This document shows, in pieces, positions 13,989-26,942 of a stretch of 64,000 nt of DNA (position 1 is its first letter; the number at the start of each line of letters is the position of its first letter). A program made the position numbers and the translations under genes. A model generated the notes under the pieces. It made no database searches and was not told the origin of the DNA. It saw only the letters and a program-made list of their open reading frames with translations. The stretch is taken from assembly GCF_006345805.1 (NCBI RefSeq), contig NC_043005.1, positions 104,160,001-104,224,000 of the forward strand, written 5' to 3'. Source of the DNA: Octopus sinensis. Lineage: Eukaryota.

Positions 13989-14030
13989 GTCTATCTATCT
14001 ATCTATCTCTCTATCTATCTATCTATTTAT
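13846..14030. repeat. (TATC)n microsatellite
   Basis: direct reading. Confidence 0.95.
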
Positions 14031-15151
14031 ATACGTACATACATACATGCATATATGCACAAGTACATGTACATACAAGCACGTATAGTACGTTAGATAT
14101 GGAACGCCTTTCCGTTCTACACTCTTATATTAATTCCAAGACTTTGTTCAAGTTTAATCTTTCCGTTTTTTTTCTTTTTCATATATCTTATTGGTCCGTT
14201 AGGTTTCGTTGGGAACGATAACATACTTAATTCTATTTATGTTTGACAAACTCGGCCTCATCTCTCGATTGAAGTATTGATAGCGGCGCGTTGCTCCTGC
14301 GTATTGAAGTAGACAGCAAAATATAGAATTGGTGCTATGATTAAATTCTGTCGAGGTCGACTTTGCTTTTCATCTTTATGACGTTGATAAAGTAAGTACG
14401 AGTAAAGTGCTGGCGTCGTTAAGTGGCTGAGCTTGCAATCCGAGTTAATTTTCTATTTTCTGGATGTTTTAAAACGACTCCCAGTTATACATAATGCTGC
14501 ATTGGGACATACTCACTTTCAAGCTTTATTCTCTACAGGGAGTGACTTCTTTGAACTGCGATGTGTGTATGGGATGTAGGCTTGACTGTTTGGGTTCAGT
14601 TTGTAACTATGTACTTCCAGGTGCTATCCGACGGCGCGAGTATCTTGCACCACAGCCTCAAGTCCACAAAAGTATGAAAATTGTTACACGGTAACAGTAT
14701 AGAAGACTGTCTAAAGAATATTTCTTGTTCTTGGGTGATAAACTTATTCTGTTGTCCGCTATGGAAGACCACCTAACCCTTGGGGATATTTAGCAAAGCG
14801 CAAACTATTACAAATATGCGAGCCAAGTGTATAGTTTGCAGGTAATTTCTCCAATTGCCCACCAGCGTTGATGGCCCCTGCCTGGCAAGGGTCATGAAGC
14901 TGCTCTTCCTACTCTAAATGATCCAACAAAAGCATATTGGGAAGACGGTATATTTCTCTTGAGTGAGTGTTATGCAACTCATATTTGTTTCGTCGTTCAG
15001 TAACGATCACAGTAGCTAACAGTTCAGCATGAATTAAAAGTATGGATTGAAGCGCTGTCACTATTCATGACTAGATTTTGTCATTTCACCAGGCTGCTCC
15101 ATTGTTATGTTGTGTGTGTGTGTGTGGTGTGTGTGTGTGTGTGCCTGTGTT

Positions 15152-15200
<49 letters not shown>

Positions 15201-15364
15201 CACAGTTATTCCTACCTCAGTTCATCTAATTGTATATATCTGTCGTTATCTTTCATAAAAACCCTTTACAATGTGCATTTCCGTTGACTTTTCTTACTTT
15301 CCCCTTACAATACCACGTGTAGTTTCTATTTTCTTTTTGTAACATATTTATATATATATATATA

Positions 15365-15400
<36 letters not shown>

Positions 15401-15433
15401 GCGTGTGTGTGTGTGTGGTGATATAGAGACATA

Positions 15434-15499
<66 letters not shown>

Positions 15500-16614
15500 C
15501 ATATATATATGAAAGCACACATACACGTGCATGCAGACATATGTGAATATAGATACATATATATATGAATATGCGGCAAGAGGGGAGAGTGAGAGAAAGA
15601 GCGCTAGAGAAAGGGAAAAGAAAGAGTTATAGAGAGAAAGAAAGTGACAGACAGTAGAGTGTTTGAAAGACCAATGAGAGTAAAATTTAATTGAATTTTG
15701 TCGTATACTTTAATTATTACCTTATATAATTAGCATCTTCAGTTGAAATTCAAATTAAGAAATTAAAATTTACAACAAATCGATAAAACATTTTGTAAAA
15801 TATTTCTAAATACTGAATTATAAAAATTGATTATTAAATATTTTTCAGCGCAACGAACGTTTCACACCTTATATTATTATACACACATGTATATATACGC
15901 ACACATACATACGTAAGTTCATACATTCATACATAAATACACATTCATATTTATGTATACACACGCACACACATACGTATAAGTATTTATATATGTATGT
16001 ATATACTTACATATACATATATCCACACGTATACACATATGTGTGTGTGCGTATGCATGTATATATAATTTACTATTTCGTTATTAGTGGGATCAGCTGA
16101 AAAGTTGTCCACCAGTGAAAGATATATTTTCCTTAATATACACAGAATTTAAATTCAAGCTAGTGTTAGTTTCAGGCTGTGGAAGCACTATAAACTAACA
16201 ATCAAACTTTCAAACTCAAATATACAGCTTAGATGATACTTTTTTGAAAATAACGAGAAAAGGTTGTGGTCTTTGAGAGAACATGGAGGAAGGACTAGAA
16301 GGACTAGAAGTCAAAAAGTGGAGAGAGAGAAAAAGCAAAAAATAAAATGGAGTGGGGGGAAGAAAAGGAAAAAAAAACTCAAGAGCTACGACCTTTTCTC
16401 CATTCAAATCAGTATAGATGTGCATGGTGTTCGAACCAGAATTAATATTGTTGGTGTATATTAATTTTACAAGAAGAAGATCAAATTCTGTGAAACTGCA
16501 AAGCTCAACCCGGAGAAGGTGGTGTCCGACAGTTCAGCAAAAGATATTTGTTCATTTCTTTTATCTTTTGTCTTTTATTTGTCTTAACCATTACACCCCA
16601 GAACTTGTTTTTTA

Positions 16615-16940
16615 AAGCCTGTCGTTTATTCCAACGGTTTCTATTGCCAAATTACTAAGGTACTGGGACGTAAACACACCAGCACCGGTTGTCAAGCAGT
16701 TGTGGGGGGCAAACATAAGCACAAAGACATACACACTGACACGCGCGTACACATGCAAACACACGCACACAAACATACACGCACACACATACGACGAGCT
16801 TCTTTCATTTTCTACCCAGAAAGCTTTGACCGGCCTGAGGCTATTGTAGAAATCATTTGCACAAGGCGTCACACAGTGGGATTGAAATCAGAACCTTGTG
16901 GTTGGAAAGCAAAATTCTGACCACAGAGCCACTCACGTGC
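16615..16940 (-). mobile_element. SINE family C copy (internal CA/TG microsatellite)
   Basis: GTAAACACACCAGCACCGGTTGTCAAGC..GGGGGCAAACA..AAGCTTTGACCGGCCTGAGGCTATTGTAGAA; homologous to 62222-62560 and 59435-59745. Confidence 0.8.
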
Positions 16941-16959
16941 TTATATATGTTTACATTTA

Positions 16960-17620
16960 AGAAGAATTTCTGATCTGGAATTCTTAAATCTAACAAGAAA
17001 TGAGATTTTTCGGCTAAACAAAGCCTGCATCTTTGTGATTCATTGAAATATAGCATGCATCGCTCCACGATGCTCCATCCGATAGTATGATGTACAGATT
17101 CCATTTATAGCGAGAAAACTTTTATGGCTTTCTTCTGATCTACATGTGGGAAAGAAGAACGATGGTTGCATATCTGTTTTTAAAATTACTTTCTCATAAA
17201 CCAATGTAATTTTTCTTTCGAGATTTATTATATTGGAACGTTGTTATGACTTCGGCTTCAAAACCCACTGAGCTGATCATGCATGTCAGGTCGAATAGGA
17301 AAGCTTCTGGGTCTCAACAGTTATACCTTGGAGTGGGCTCCCCGTATGACATTTCTATATCAACAATATCCTTGCTATACATTTATTGCAAATCACTTTA
17401 CATTTAATCCCTATTTCCCTGGTGTTAATTTTAAAGAGTGAAGTCTGTTACCGAATTTTTACTAGCAACGCATAGTATAATGAATGTAACTGCATAGTTA
17501 ATTATCCGTATAGTACTGTGGTTGTTCATTGGAACATTTCATACTTACATTTTCTTGGATGAAATATCTAACCAATTATACAGATTTGATAAATTCTTAA
17601 ATTTCTGTACGTTGATAGTA
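16960..17620 (-). mobile_element. Decayed Penelope-like GIY-YIG endonuclease fragment (probably Nematis-like)
   Basis: frameshifted translation ENYIGL*ESNFKNRY / NHRSSFPHVDQKKAIKFSRYKWNL / IGWSIVERCMLYFNESQRCRLCLAEKSHFLL; same motif order as the 48-49 kb element. Confidence 0.75.
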
Positions 17621-17632
17621 TGTATATAGATT

Positions 17633-17780
17633 AAGGCGGCGAGCTGGCAGAATCGTTAGCACGCTGGATGAAATGCTTAGCGGTATTTCGTTCGTCGCGT
17701 GGTTCTACGGTCAAATTCCGCTGAGGCCGACTTTGCCTTTAATCCTCTCGGGGTCAATAAATTAAGTACTAGTTACGCAC
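17633..17780 (+). mobile_element. SINE family A copy (3' truncated)
   Basis: AAGGCGGCGAGCTGGCAGAATCGTTAGCACGC..GTCAAATTCCGCTGAGGCCGACTTTGCC. Confidence 0.85.
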
Positions 17781-18143
17781 TATATATAGCAGAACAGAAA
17801 TCATCTCAGTATTCTAAGGTATTAATCCAATTTTCTTGTTAATCTATACCAGCGGTTTTTCTACCTTTGCAACAAATTAGAGTTTATCGAAACAACTAAA
17901 CAATGCATCATTTCAGAACTATTATGTTCGATATTATAACATGTAATCCCAGTTTAAATCGACAATTGATTCGAAAATTCCAATAACTCCTAAGAGACAA
18001 TCACATACAGAGAAAAAATTTCAAATATTTCAGTATCACTTTTTTCGATCAACATACATACATACATATATACGTACATACATACATATATACATACATA
18101 CATACATACATACATACATACATACATACATACATACATACGT

Positions 18144-18186
<43 letters not shown>

Positions 18187-18606
18187 CCCAGACATACATA
18201 TATACATATAAGCATACATTTATACACTCATACATACACACTTATGTGTGCACACACCTACACGCACACACACACATACATACATACATACGTACATACG
18301 TACATGCATGTATATACATATATACACATACATAGACACAGACACACACACACACACACACATACACTCACACACACATATATATATATATAAGCATACA
18401 TATATACACACATACATGCACACACCTTCGAGCGCTCGCACACACACATATGCATACACACACATATGTACACACATAAGTACACATACAAGCACACACA
18501 TTGATACATATCGGTCTTTCTCAAAAGTGTCTTTGCTTTCATACTCTCTGTTTCTGCTACGTCAACTACACCGAACTACAACGAGCCCGCTATGATAGCC
18601 ACAACT

Positions 18607-18648
<42 letters not shown>

Positions 18649-18655
18649 ACACACA

Positions 18656-18700
<45 letters not shown>

Positions 18701-19204
18701 ATACACACAAGCAGCGCGAGCACTCACAAATTCTATTAAGATACTATACTTTATTGGTTACTGTACTTTTTCTGTTTCACCTTTGACAAACAAATGAAAC
18801 AAAATGGTCTAAAATTCTACAGAACCAACAATGAGAACCAATATAAAAATAAGAAGCGAATACACAGAAATACACTCCATCCCACAAAACAAAAATAAAT
18901 GAATAAAAAAAGGCCACAACAAAAACACAAAAAATATATAAGCAAATATTAAATGTCCACGAATATTCTACAAGACCGGATTTATACCAAATATTTAATT
19001 TAGTTTAATTTCAGCTAATTTCTTTAATTCAATCCGAGTCTTCGCAGTGAAATTATCAGTGTCCTTTTTGTTTGCATTCTCCAAGAGCTGTTGACGCGGT
19101 ATTACCATTCTCTTAGACTTCTTTCCCTCCATTCTCAGACACGACTTTATACTTTTATTAATTTTTGTTTTCAAATATTCTTGTTATTGTTGTTGTTCTT
19201 GTAC

Positions 19205-19241
<37 letters not shown>

Positions 19242-19580
19242 GATTTGTCACTAAAAATTTCTCTATTTTGGCAAATTTTCTCGTTTCGTTTCGTTTCTTT
19301 TCTTTTATTTAACTATCATTTATTTGTTCTTGGCTCGTGATAATGGTGGTGGTGATAACTGCGCTGATGATAATGGCGGTGATGAGTATGTTGGGGAATA
19401 CAGTAATGGTGGTGGTGATAATGTTGGGGTGGTGATAATGTAGGTGGCGATGATGACTGTAGTGATAACGTTGGTGGTGATAAACTTGGGGGTATGGTGG
19501 GAGTAATTCGTGGTGTGAGTGTTGAGAATAATGCCAATGGTGGTGGTGGTGAAGCTGGTTGTACTATTGGGGTGATGGAG

Positions 19581-19640
<60 letters not shown>

Positions 19641-19799
19641 GTAGTAGTAGTAGTAGTAGTAGTAGTAAAGCAATGTGATGCAGGCATTGGCAATTGTGGT
19701 GGCGTTGTTGGTTGTGTTGGAGGTAGATAGAGGTTTTCGAACGAGTTGGCAGAAGGTTTGTAGCTCTGTTGGTTTCCGAGGTTATTGTGCTGGAGGCAG

Positions 19800-20445
19800 T
19801 GCTGATGGAGGTAGTTGGAAGCAAGTAATAGTGCTGGTGATAGCAGTGTTGGAGGTAATAGTCTGAGTGATAGTAGTGTTAGATATAATAGTAGTGGAAT
19901 TAGTGGTACTAGAGTTAGTTGTACTGGAGGTAGTAGTGTCGGAGATAGTAGTGTAAGAGATAGTAATGTTGGATGTAATAGTGCTAGAAATAGAAGTACT
20001 GGAGTTAGTGGTACTAGAGATAGTAGTGTTGCAGGTAGTAGTGTTGGATATAACAGTGTTGAATGTAATAGTACTGGAAGTAGTAGTACTGGATATAATA
20101 GAACTGGAGGTAGTAGTGTTGGAGATAGTAGTGCTGTAGGTAGTAGTGTTGGAGGTAATAATGCTGGAAAGAGTAGTACTGTAGGTAGTAGTGTTGGAGG
20201 TAGACAATCATGTTCGAGGTAGGCAGTAGAGTTGGAGGTAGGCAGTAGAGTTGGAGGTAGGTAGTAGAGTTGGAGGTAGGTAGTAGAGTTGGAGGTAGGC
20301 AGTAGAGTTGGAGGTAGGTAGTAGAGTTGGAGGTAGGTAGTAGAGTTGGAGGTAGGCAGTAGAGTTGGAGGTAGGTAGTAGAGTTGGAGGTAGGCAGTAG
20401 TGTTGGAGGTAGGCAGTAGTGTTGGAGGTAGACTGCAGAGTTGGA
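19800..20445. repeat. Minisatellite: degenerate ~18-bp units grading into a homogeneous 19-bp unit GGAGGTAGG(C/T)AGTAGAGTT
   Basis: about 11 near-perfect 19-bp copies at 20216-20430. Confidence 0.9.
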
Positions 20446-21199
20446 AGTGCTAAATAGTCCTGTTGGAGGATGTGGTTGTGGAATTGTGGTGCTTGAGTTA
20501 GCTTGTGATTTTCCTGGTTGTTCTAGTGGAGGCGGATAGTATTGCAACGTAGATAGTGGTACTGGAGGAAAATACTGTTGGACAGGATGACGTATGCCGG
20601 TGGCGATGGGGGCGCTGCAACATATCTTTATATTCTATTTTCTGTTTTTTATTTCCAACTAAATATGTCTGTTTATAGTTTATTTCGTTTTTAATTATTT
20701 TTCTCCTTTTAGTGTTCAATCTTATTAGTCCAGTTTTTAATAAACTGGTACATATTTGAATTTAAACAAAAGAAAAAAAAAGAAATATAATTACAAATAA
20801 ACAGTAAAATAATATAAAATAGATTACTATAAAATACAATTACGTATCAGAAAAAACGAAATTTAAATAAAAAAATATTATTTTTGTTGGAATTAATTTA
20901 AGCATCACACGAAATGCTGTAAATTCAAAAAACACCCGCACACACGCACACACACACACACACACACCACACACACATAAGCAACATACACATACACACA
21001 CGCGCGCTCACGCATACACAAAGACATATTTATAGGTGTCTATCAGTGTGATGTATGCATATATTTATGTGTGTGTGTCTGGGTGTGTGTGAGTGTGAGT
21101 GTGTGTGAGGGGTGTATAAATGTGTGTGCAGGTGCGCGTGCAGTAGCAGCGACAGAAACGAAACACCACCACCACTACCACCACCACCACCACCAATAA

Positions 21200-21400
21200 T
21201 CCCTTCTACTTAAGGCACAAGGCCTGAAATTTTGGGGCAAGCGGACTAGTCGGTTACATCAATCCCATTCCTCAACTGGTATTTATATACCGATTCCGAA
21301 AGAAGGAAAAGCAAAGTCGATTTCGGAGGAATTTGAACTCAAGATAAATTGCCGCCATTTTGAATTTCAACCGGTGCTGTAACGATTCTATCAGCTCGCT
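21200..21400 (-). mobile_element. SINE family A variant
   Basis: CCTTTCTACT..GGCACAAGGCCTGAAATTTTGGGG..GAAAAGCAAAGTCGATTTCGG..GAATTTGAACTC. Confidence 0.7.
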
Positions 21401-21457
21401 TCTTTAATAATAACAACATCATCATCAACAACACAACAATAATAATAATAGTAATAG

Positions 21458-23415
21458 GCCACAGATCTCAGTATGGACCACCGATTGTACCTCTCCAAAA
21501 TTAGAATACATAATAAAGCAACATCAATAATAAATAACATGAACGTGGCCGTCACAGAACTAATGTCAACATCACCAAGCTAAGTAATCTAATATATACA
21601 GCAGCCACTGTGGCCACAAAAGAAGCTGGATACTCCCTCAAACCCATCCAAATAGGAGCAACACCACTCAAACAAATCCTGTGGATGAATAACATCTAGA
21701 AAAAATAGAAAACAAGAGAAAAGATCTATCAATCCTTAACGAAACTAGTAGACAATTAACATTACTAAGCAACAAGAAGAGAACAAAAATACTGTGCAAA
21801 TACAACATTACAGAAAAAGGTTTACCTGAGGTAAAAGAAAAGCTAAAGCAAGATATCCTTGCCAAAGCACAAAGGATCCGCCGGTATGAGAAACGCCAAC
21901 GTTTCTTTGAAGAAAACAAAAAGTTCAACTCCAATCACAAAAGATTCTACCAAGAACTTGGCAAGAATAAAATACATCAAAGCAGCATCAGCAGCAGAAG
22001 AAGTGGAAGAATTTTGGGAAGAAATATGGTCGGCGAAGGAACAGCCTCAGGAAAGGTCTATTAAAACAACGAAATCAGTACCTGAACAACTCTGGACCCC
22101 TATAACAACTGAAGCGGTCACCCAGGCACTGCAAAAACTAAGCAACTGGAAGGCACCAGGGCACGATAAGATCCCCAACTTCTGGTTAAAATATCTGACA
22201 GGAACACACAAAAAGCTGACTGAGAAATTTAATGACATACTACGGGAGCCAGAGACAATGCCTGAATGGCTCACGAAAGGGGAGACTATCTTAATTCCCA
22301 AACCCACTGAAACGGCGAACCCACAAAATTACAGACCACTTACTTGTTTCCCTACAATATACAAAACCTTCACTGCAATAATATCGCAGAGAATTGAGCA
22401 AGCATCTGGAAGAAAACAACCTGTTTCCAGAAGAGCAGAAAGGATGCTGCAAGGGCTCATACGGCTGTAAAGATCAATCAATGATCAATAAAGCCTTAAC
22501 TGAAGATAGCCACAGAAAGAATAAAGGTCTAAGTATGGCCTGGATCGATCACCGAAAGGCTTTTGATAGTATTCCCCACACATGGATCCTAAAAACATTA
22601 ACCATGAACAAGGTAGCACCAATAATCATAAAATGTATACAACACTCTGTGAATAAATGGCAGACAGTGCTACAGCTCCAAACAAAAGACCAAAGCAATC
22701 CCAATTAGAAGAGGAATATTCCAGGGAGACACACTCTCTCCACTCCTTTTCTGCTTGTCACTGACACCTTTATCTGACATGCTAAACAGAACCGGATGTG
22801 GATACAACTGTTACGGCAAAACAATCAGCTGCCTCTTATATATGGGTGACTTAAAACTGTACGTTACAAATGATAAACAGCTGGAAACATTACTACAGAT
22901 AGTACATGGATTTATCAAAGAAATAAACATGAAATTTGGCTTAGAAAAATATGCCAAAGCAACCTTCAAAAGAGGAAAACTAGTTAAGAGTAGCAACATT
23001 GCACTAGATAAAGCAAATACAATAAGAGAATTAGACCAAAGCCATATATACAAATATTCAGGAATCAATGAACTAGATACGATATTATACTCAAATGAAA
23101 AACAAAATAAAAAAAGAATACTATAAACGAGTTAGATCAATACTAAAAACAGAGCTCAATGCTAAAAACAAGATTATAGGTATTAACACTTTAGCCGTCC
23201 TAGTTATAAGTTACAGCTACAATATCCTTAACTGGACGCTAAATGAATTCGTCAAAATAGACGGGAAAACAGAAAAATAATAACAGGATTTAGGACGCAC
23301 CACCCAAAATCTGACATAGAAAGATTATATATACAACGTATAGAATGTGGTAGAAGCCTTATACAGCAAGCAGACTATTACAAAATAACCACCATAGGAC
23401 TGCAAAAATACCTAC
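21458..23415 (+). mobile_element. R4/Dong-like non-LTR retrotransposon, decayed, ORF N-terminal region through RT
   Basis: NITKLSNLIYTAATV, LSNWKAPGHDKIPNFWLK, NYRPLTCFPTIYK, EQKGC..G.YGCKDQ, AWIDHRKAFDSIPH, RGIFQGDTLSP, LLYMGDLKLY; frameshifts and stops; begins just after a short TAA run. Confidence 0.9.
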
Positions 23416-24689
23416 CCCGCATGTATGTTTATATCTCTCTGTCTATACATATACATATATATTTATAAATACATACGCATGTGTATGTATACGCCTACTC
23501 GTCCTTCCTTCCCTTTACATATATGTGTGTGTGTGTGTGTCTGTGTGTGTGTATGTGTGGACGGCATGTAGTATGCTAGCGTGATAATGAGAATAGAACA
23601 TAAATGAAGCAAGTCTTCATAATACATTAGACGTGTGTCTATGAACAACGATGAATTCTATTTATGTGGGAGATGTTTAGCTCTAGGTTAATGATTAACG
23701 AAACAGTGTTGAACATTCCAGCCGTGACCATACTGTCCTTTTCGTGTACACTGTGGTATGAGGGCGATTTAGTTGTCATACTTAGCAGATCTACCGACAG
23801 CATAGAGACACCACCACTGTTTCAAGTAAAAGATTGCTCGCTCTTTGAGGTGGTCGTCTGTAGCTTCTGCTTTAGTTACGGCTATTCTTTAAAGTGTGTA
23901 TCTGATAATAAGAGACGCTGAAGCAGTCTCTCAAATAAACAGAATATATTTCTATAACTAAAACAAATCAACAGAAAAGGTACTGACTATTTGGTCTCGA
24001 AGGAGAAAACGATGAGACAATGGGACGCCGAAACTTTTGCAAATCAAATTCTATTAAAATATATACGAGTCCGTGTGTGTGCGTATATGCATATGTATGT
24101 GGGTGTACATATATATTCTTGTACACAGAATATATATATATATATACACACATATATCTGAATGTGTAGGTATATGTCTATGTGTGTGTGTATGTGTGTG
24201 AACATATGTATATATGTAATTATATTTCATAATTTCATTGGCAACAAAACAACCCAGTAACTGCCAATAATAAAAAGAAATAAATTGTCATATGACAATT
24301 AAGGAAACATAGTTTTTTTATAATGTATGTATGTATGTATGTATGTATGTATGTATGTATGTATGTATGTATGTATACATGTATGTATGTATGTATACAT
24401 GTATGTATGTATATATATATCCATGAATAAATGTATGTAAGTATGTGTGTATGTACGTATGTATACATATACACACACACACATATATATATGTGTGTGT
24501 GTGTGTGGACATGGCTATATTATATAGGTAATAAATATTCAAACATATACGAATATAATATATATACATATATATATGTATATATACATTCGATGTTTTC
24601 TTCCAAGGAATCTAATGCTCCTAGCTTAGTTTTTTTCCTTGGGGCTGGCCAGATTGGAGCAATCTCAAGATTAATCACCCGAAACTGCG

Positions 24690-24835
24690 AGGATGATCCA
24701 GTTCTTGACTGAGGATAGGAAGCTTCGAATGACTCGTCCTTTTTTTGTATCGTCTATCTGGATGTTCTGTTGTCCCTTTTTGTATCATCTAGTTGTCCGG
24801 ATGTTTTGCGTTCTTGTCCCATTTTATATTTTATA
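24690..24835 (+). repeat. Dispersed ~150-bp repeat, second copy at 40620-40775
   Basis: GCGAGGATGATCC.GTTCTTGACTGA.GATAGGAAGCTTCGAATGACTCGTCC.. shared between copies. Confidence 0.8.
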
Positions 24836-24880
24836 TATATATATAAATTTCAAAGCACTTATTTGTTTTAAGTATATATA

Positions 24881-24928
<48 letters not shown>

Positions 24929-25659
24929 GGTGTGTGCGTTTGTGTGCTGGCGCGCGATACACATGGAATCACAGAGTCTAATCAGGTATGGTGTGAGCAA
25001 GAAGTGCTCATATGCACCATGCACATGAGAGTTTCTATCATAAACATAGTAGTATTGTGCCTGTTGTAATACAACATCCACGGTCAAATGGTGATAAATT
25101 TTATCAATATATATATATATATATAGGATATATACACATATACATGCATGCGGTGATCTTTCTGGTTGGGGAAGAAATGACCAAAATTTTCTGTCACAGA
25201 TATTTGAATCAAATTCACACGTTCTTATAATGCTTGCTTTCCTTTTTCTATGTGTCATATAACAACGTAAGATTGCATTATATCATAGGTATTGCGAATT
25301 GTCAGAAACTTAATCTAAGCGTATAAGTATTTATTAACATCTAAAACTATTCGTTATCAGCTCTTATTAGAAAAAAATCTCTTTGTGGCATTTTTTATTT
25401 GAAAAAAATGTTAAAATATTCCACCAAAAAGGATGCAACAGCTCGTGTTGCTTCTCATGCACAGAATTTCTGTTTTCTGTCGTCTTCCACCGCCTGTCAT
25501 TTCTTGCTTATCCTGACAATAAAAATCTGAAGCCTATTGTGTCATATAGTTTATATCAATTTTACAGATCATTACAGGAACGAACCTATGAAAAATAAGT
25601 AATACAATTTCAATTTTGTTTCTATAATTTTTATGGAAAGCACGCCTAAGAGGTATATA

Positions 25660-26047
25660 TCTATTATATAAAATCTGTTCTGTCTATCTGCGTGTGCGTC
25701 TTCTAGGATCTCGGGCATCCTCCATCCGATTGCGCTCAAATTTCATAGGTATAGATACCGACGGTATCAGGGCGTGTATGAGTCTTGAAAAAATTACAAA
25801 AATCGATTCCAGGTGAGAATGCGATCGATAAAGCCGTGGGAATGTGCATTTGTACGCGCAAGTACATCAGCTGTTGCGATCGATACTGCGCGTGCGCGAG
25901 AAAAATGCACGTGCAGTTTGCGCAAAAAAAGCCGGCTGGCTTGAAATAATGCCACAAAATGGGATGGTCGGACAAGATATTTTGAGAAAATTTGGTTTAT
26001 ATGTTTGACAACTCAGCACCGTCCATTGGACGGGGGGCGTTTGCTCG
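25660..26047 (+). mobile_element. Non-autonomous Helitron-like element
   Basis: A|TCTATTATATAAAATCTG 5' end; subterminal hairpin CCGTCC-ATT-GGACGG (26019-26033); 3' end CTCG|T (CTAG variant); no TSD. Confidence 0.55.
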
Positions 26048-26139
26048 TATATATATATATATAAATATGTACATACTTTGATACGTAAATATATTAAACA
26101 GTCCTGTTGTCAGAGACTATTCAATCTTTTGTATAGTAT

Positions 26140-26480
26140 ATACAGATTTTAGAAGAGGGGCGAATCAATCACATCGGCTCTAGTGTTCAACTGATACTTC
26201 TTTTATCGACTCCACGCGTACGAAGGCCGAAGTTGACATCGGTGGTATTTGTGTTCAGAGTGTATAGTCGGAAAAAATGCCGCTAAGCATTTTGCCCGGT
26301 GTTGTAACGATTCTGCCGGCCCACAGCCTTAGTTATATCCCCGTAATAATCCTTTCTACTAAAGGTACAAGACCTGAAATTTGGGGAAGGATACTAGCTG
26401 GTTACATAGATCCCACTATTCAGCTTGTACTTATTTTATCGACCCCGATAGGATGAAAGGCAAAGTTGACCTCGGCTCAA
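26140..26480 (-). mobile_element. Two adjacent SINE family A fragments
   Basis: TTTATCGAC..GAAGGC..AAGTTGAC..GCCGCTAAGCATTTTGCCCGG and TTTATCGACCCCGATAGGATGAAAGGCAAAGTTGACCTCGG. Confidence 0.7.
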
Positions 26481-26807
26481 CCCGTAATAATAAAACAAGT
26501 TATTATCTTTGGATAAACGCCTAGAATTAATGAAGCAACGAAATTTTTAATGAAAAAATAACAGAGATTTCTACAATATATAATATGGCAAGACAGGAAA
26601 CTAGAGTTATTTATCGTAGGCTGAGGAGCATTCACGAGAAATTCCTGTGAACTTTTGAATTTAAATAATTATGCTGTAACGATTTTACAAAGAGATTATG
26701 TCTAATCCGATTACTTACTTAGGAAAGATGAAGAGCTACTGGGGTGGGGCTAAAATGTTCTAATTACACATAGTTAGGAATGAAACAATTGCAACAGGCC
26801 TCGTTTA

Positions 26808-26830
26808 AAATAATAATAATAATAATAATA

Positions 26831-26870
<40 letters not shown>

Positions 26871-26896
26871 AATAAAATGATGATGATGATGATGAC

Positions 26897-26940
<44 letters not shown>
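26808..26940. repeat. (TAA)n tract abutting the 5' end of the Dong-like copy
   Basis: direct reading. Confidence 0.95.

Positions 26941-26942
<2 letters not shown>

Noticed and set aside
19800-20445. CRISPR-like array
   Set aside because: Units are directly adjacent with no unique spacers; eukaryotic context; no cas genes
19782-20547. Ser/Thr-rich and repeat-peptide ORFs
   Set aside because: Explained by the 18/19-bp minisatellite; the 19-bp unit is not a multiple of three
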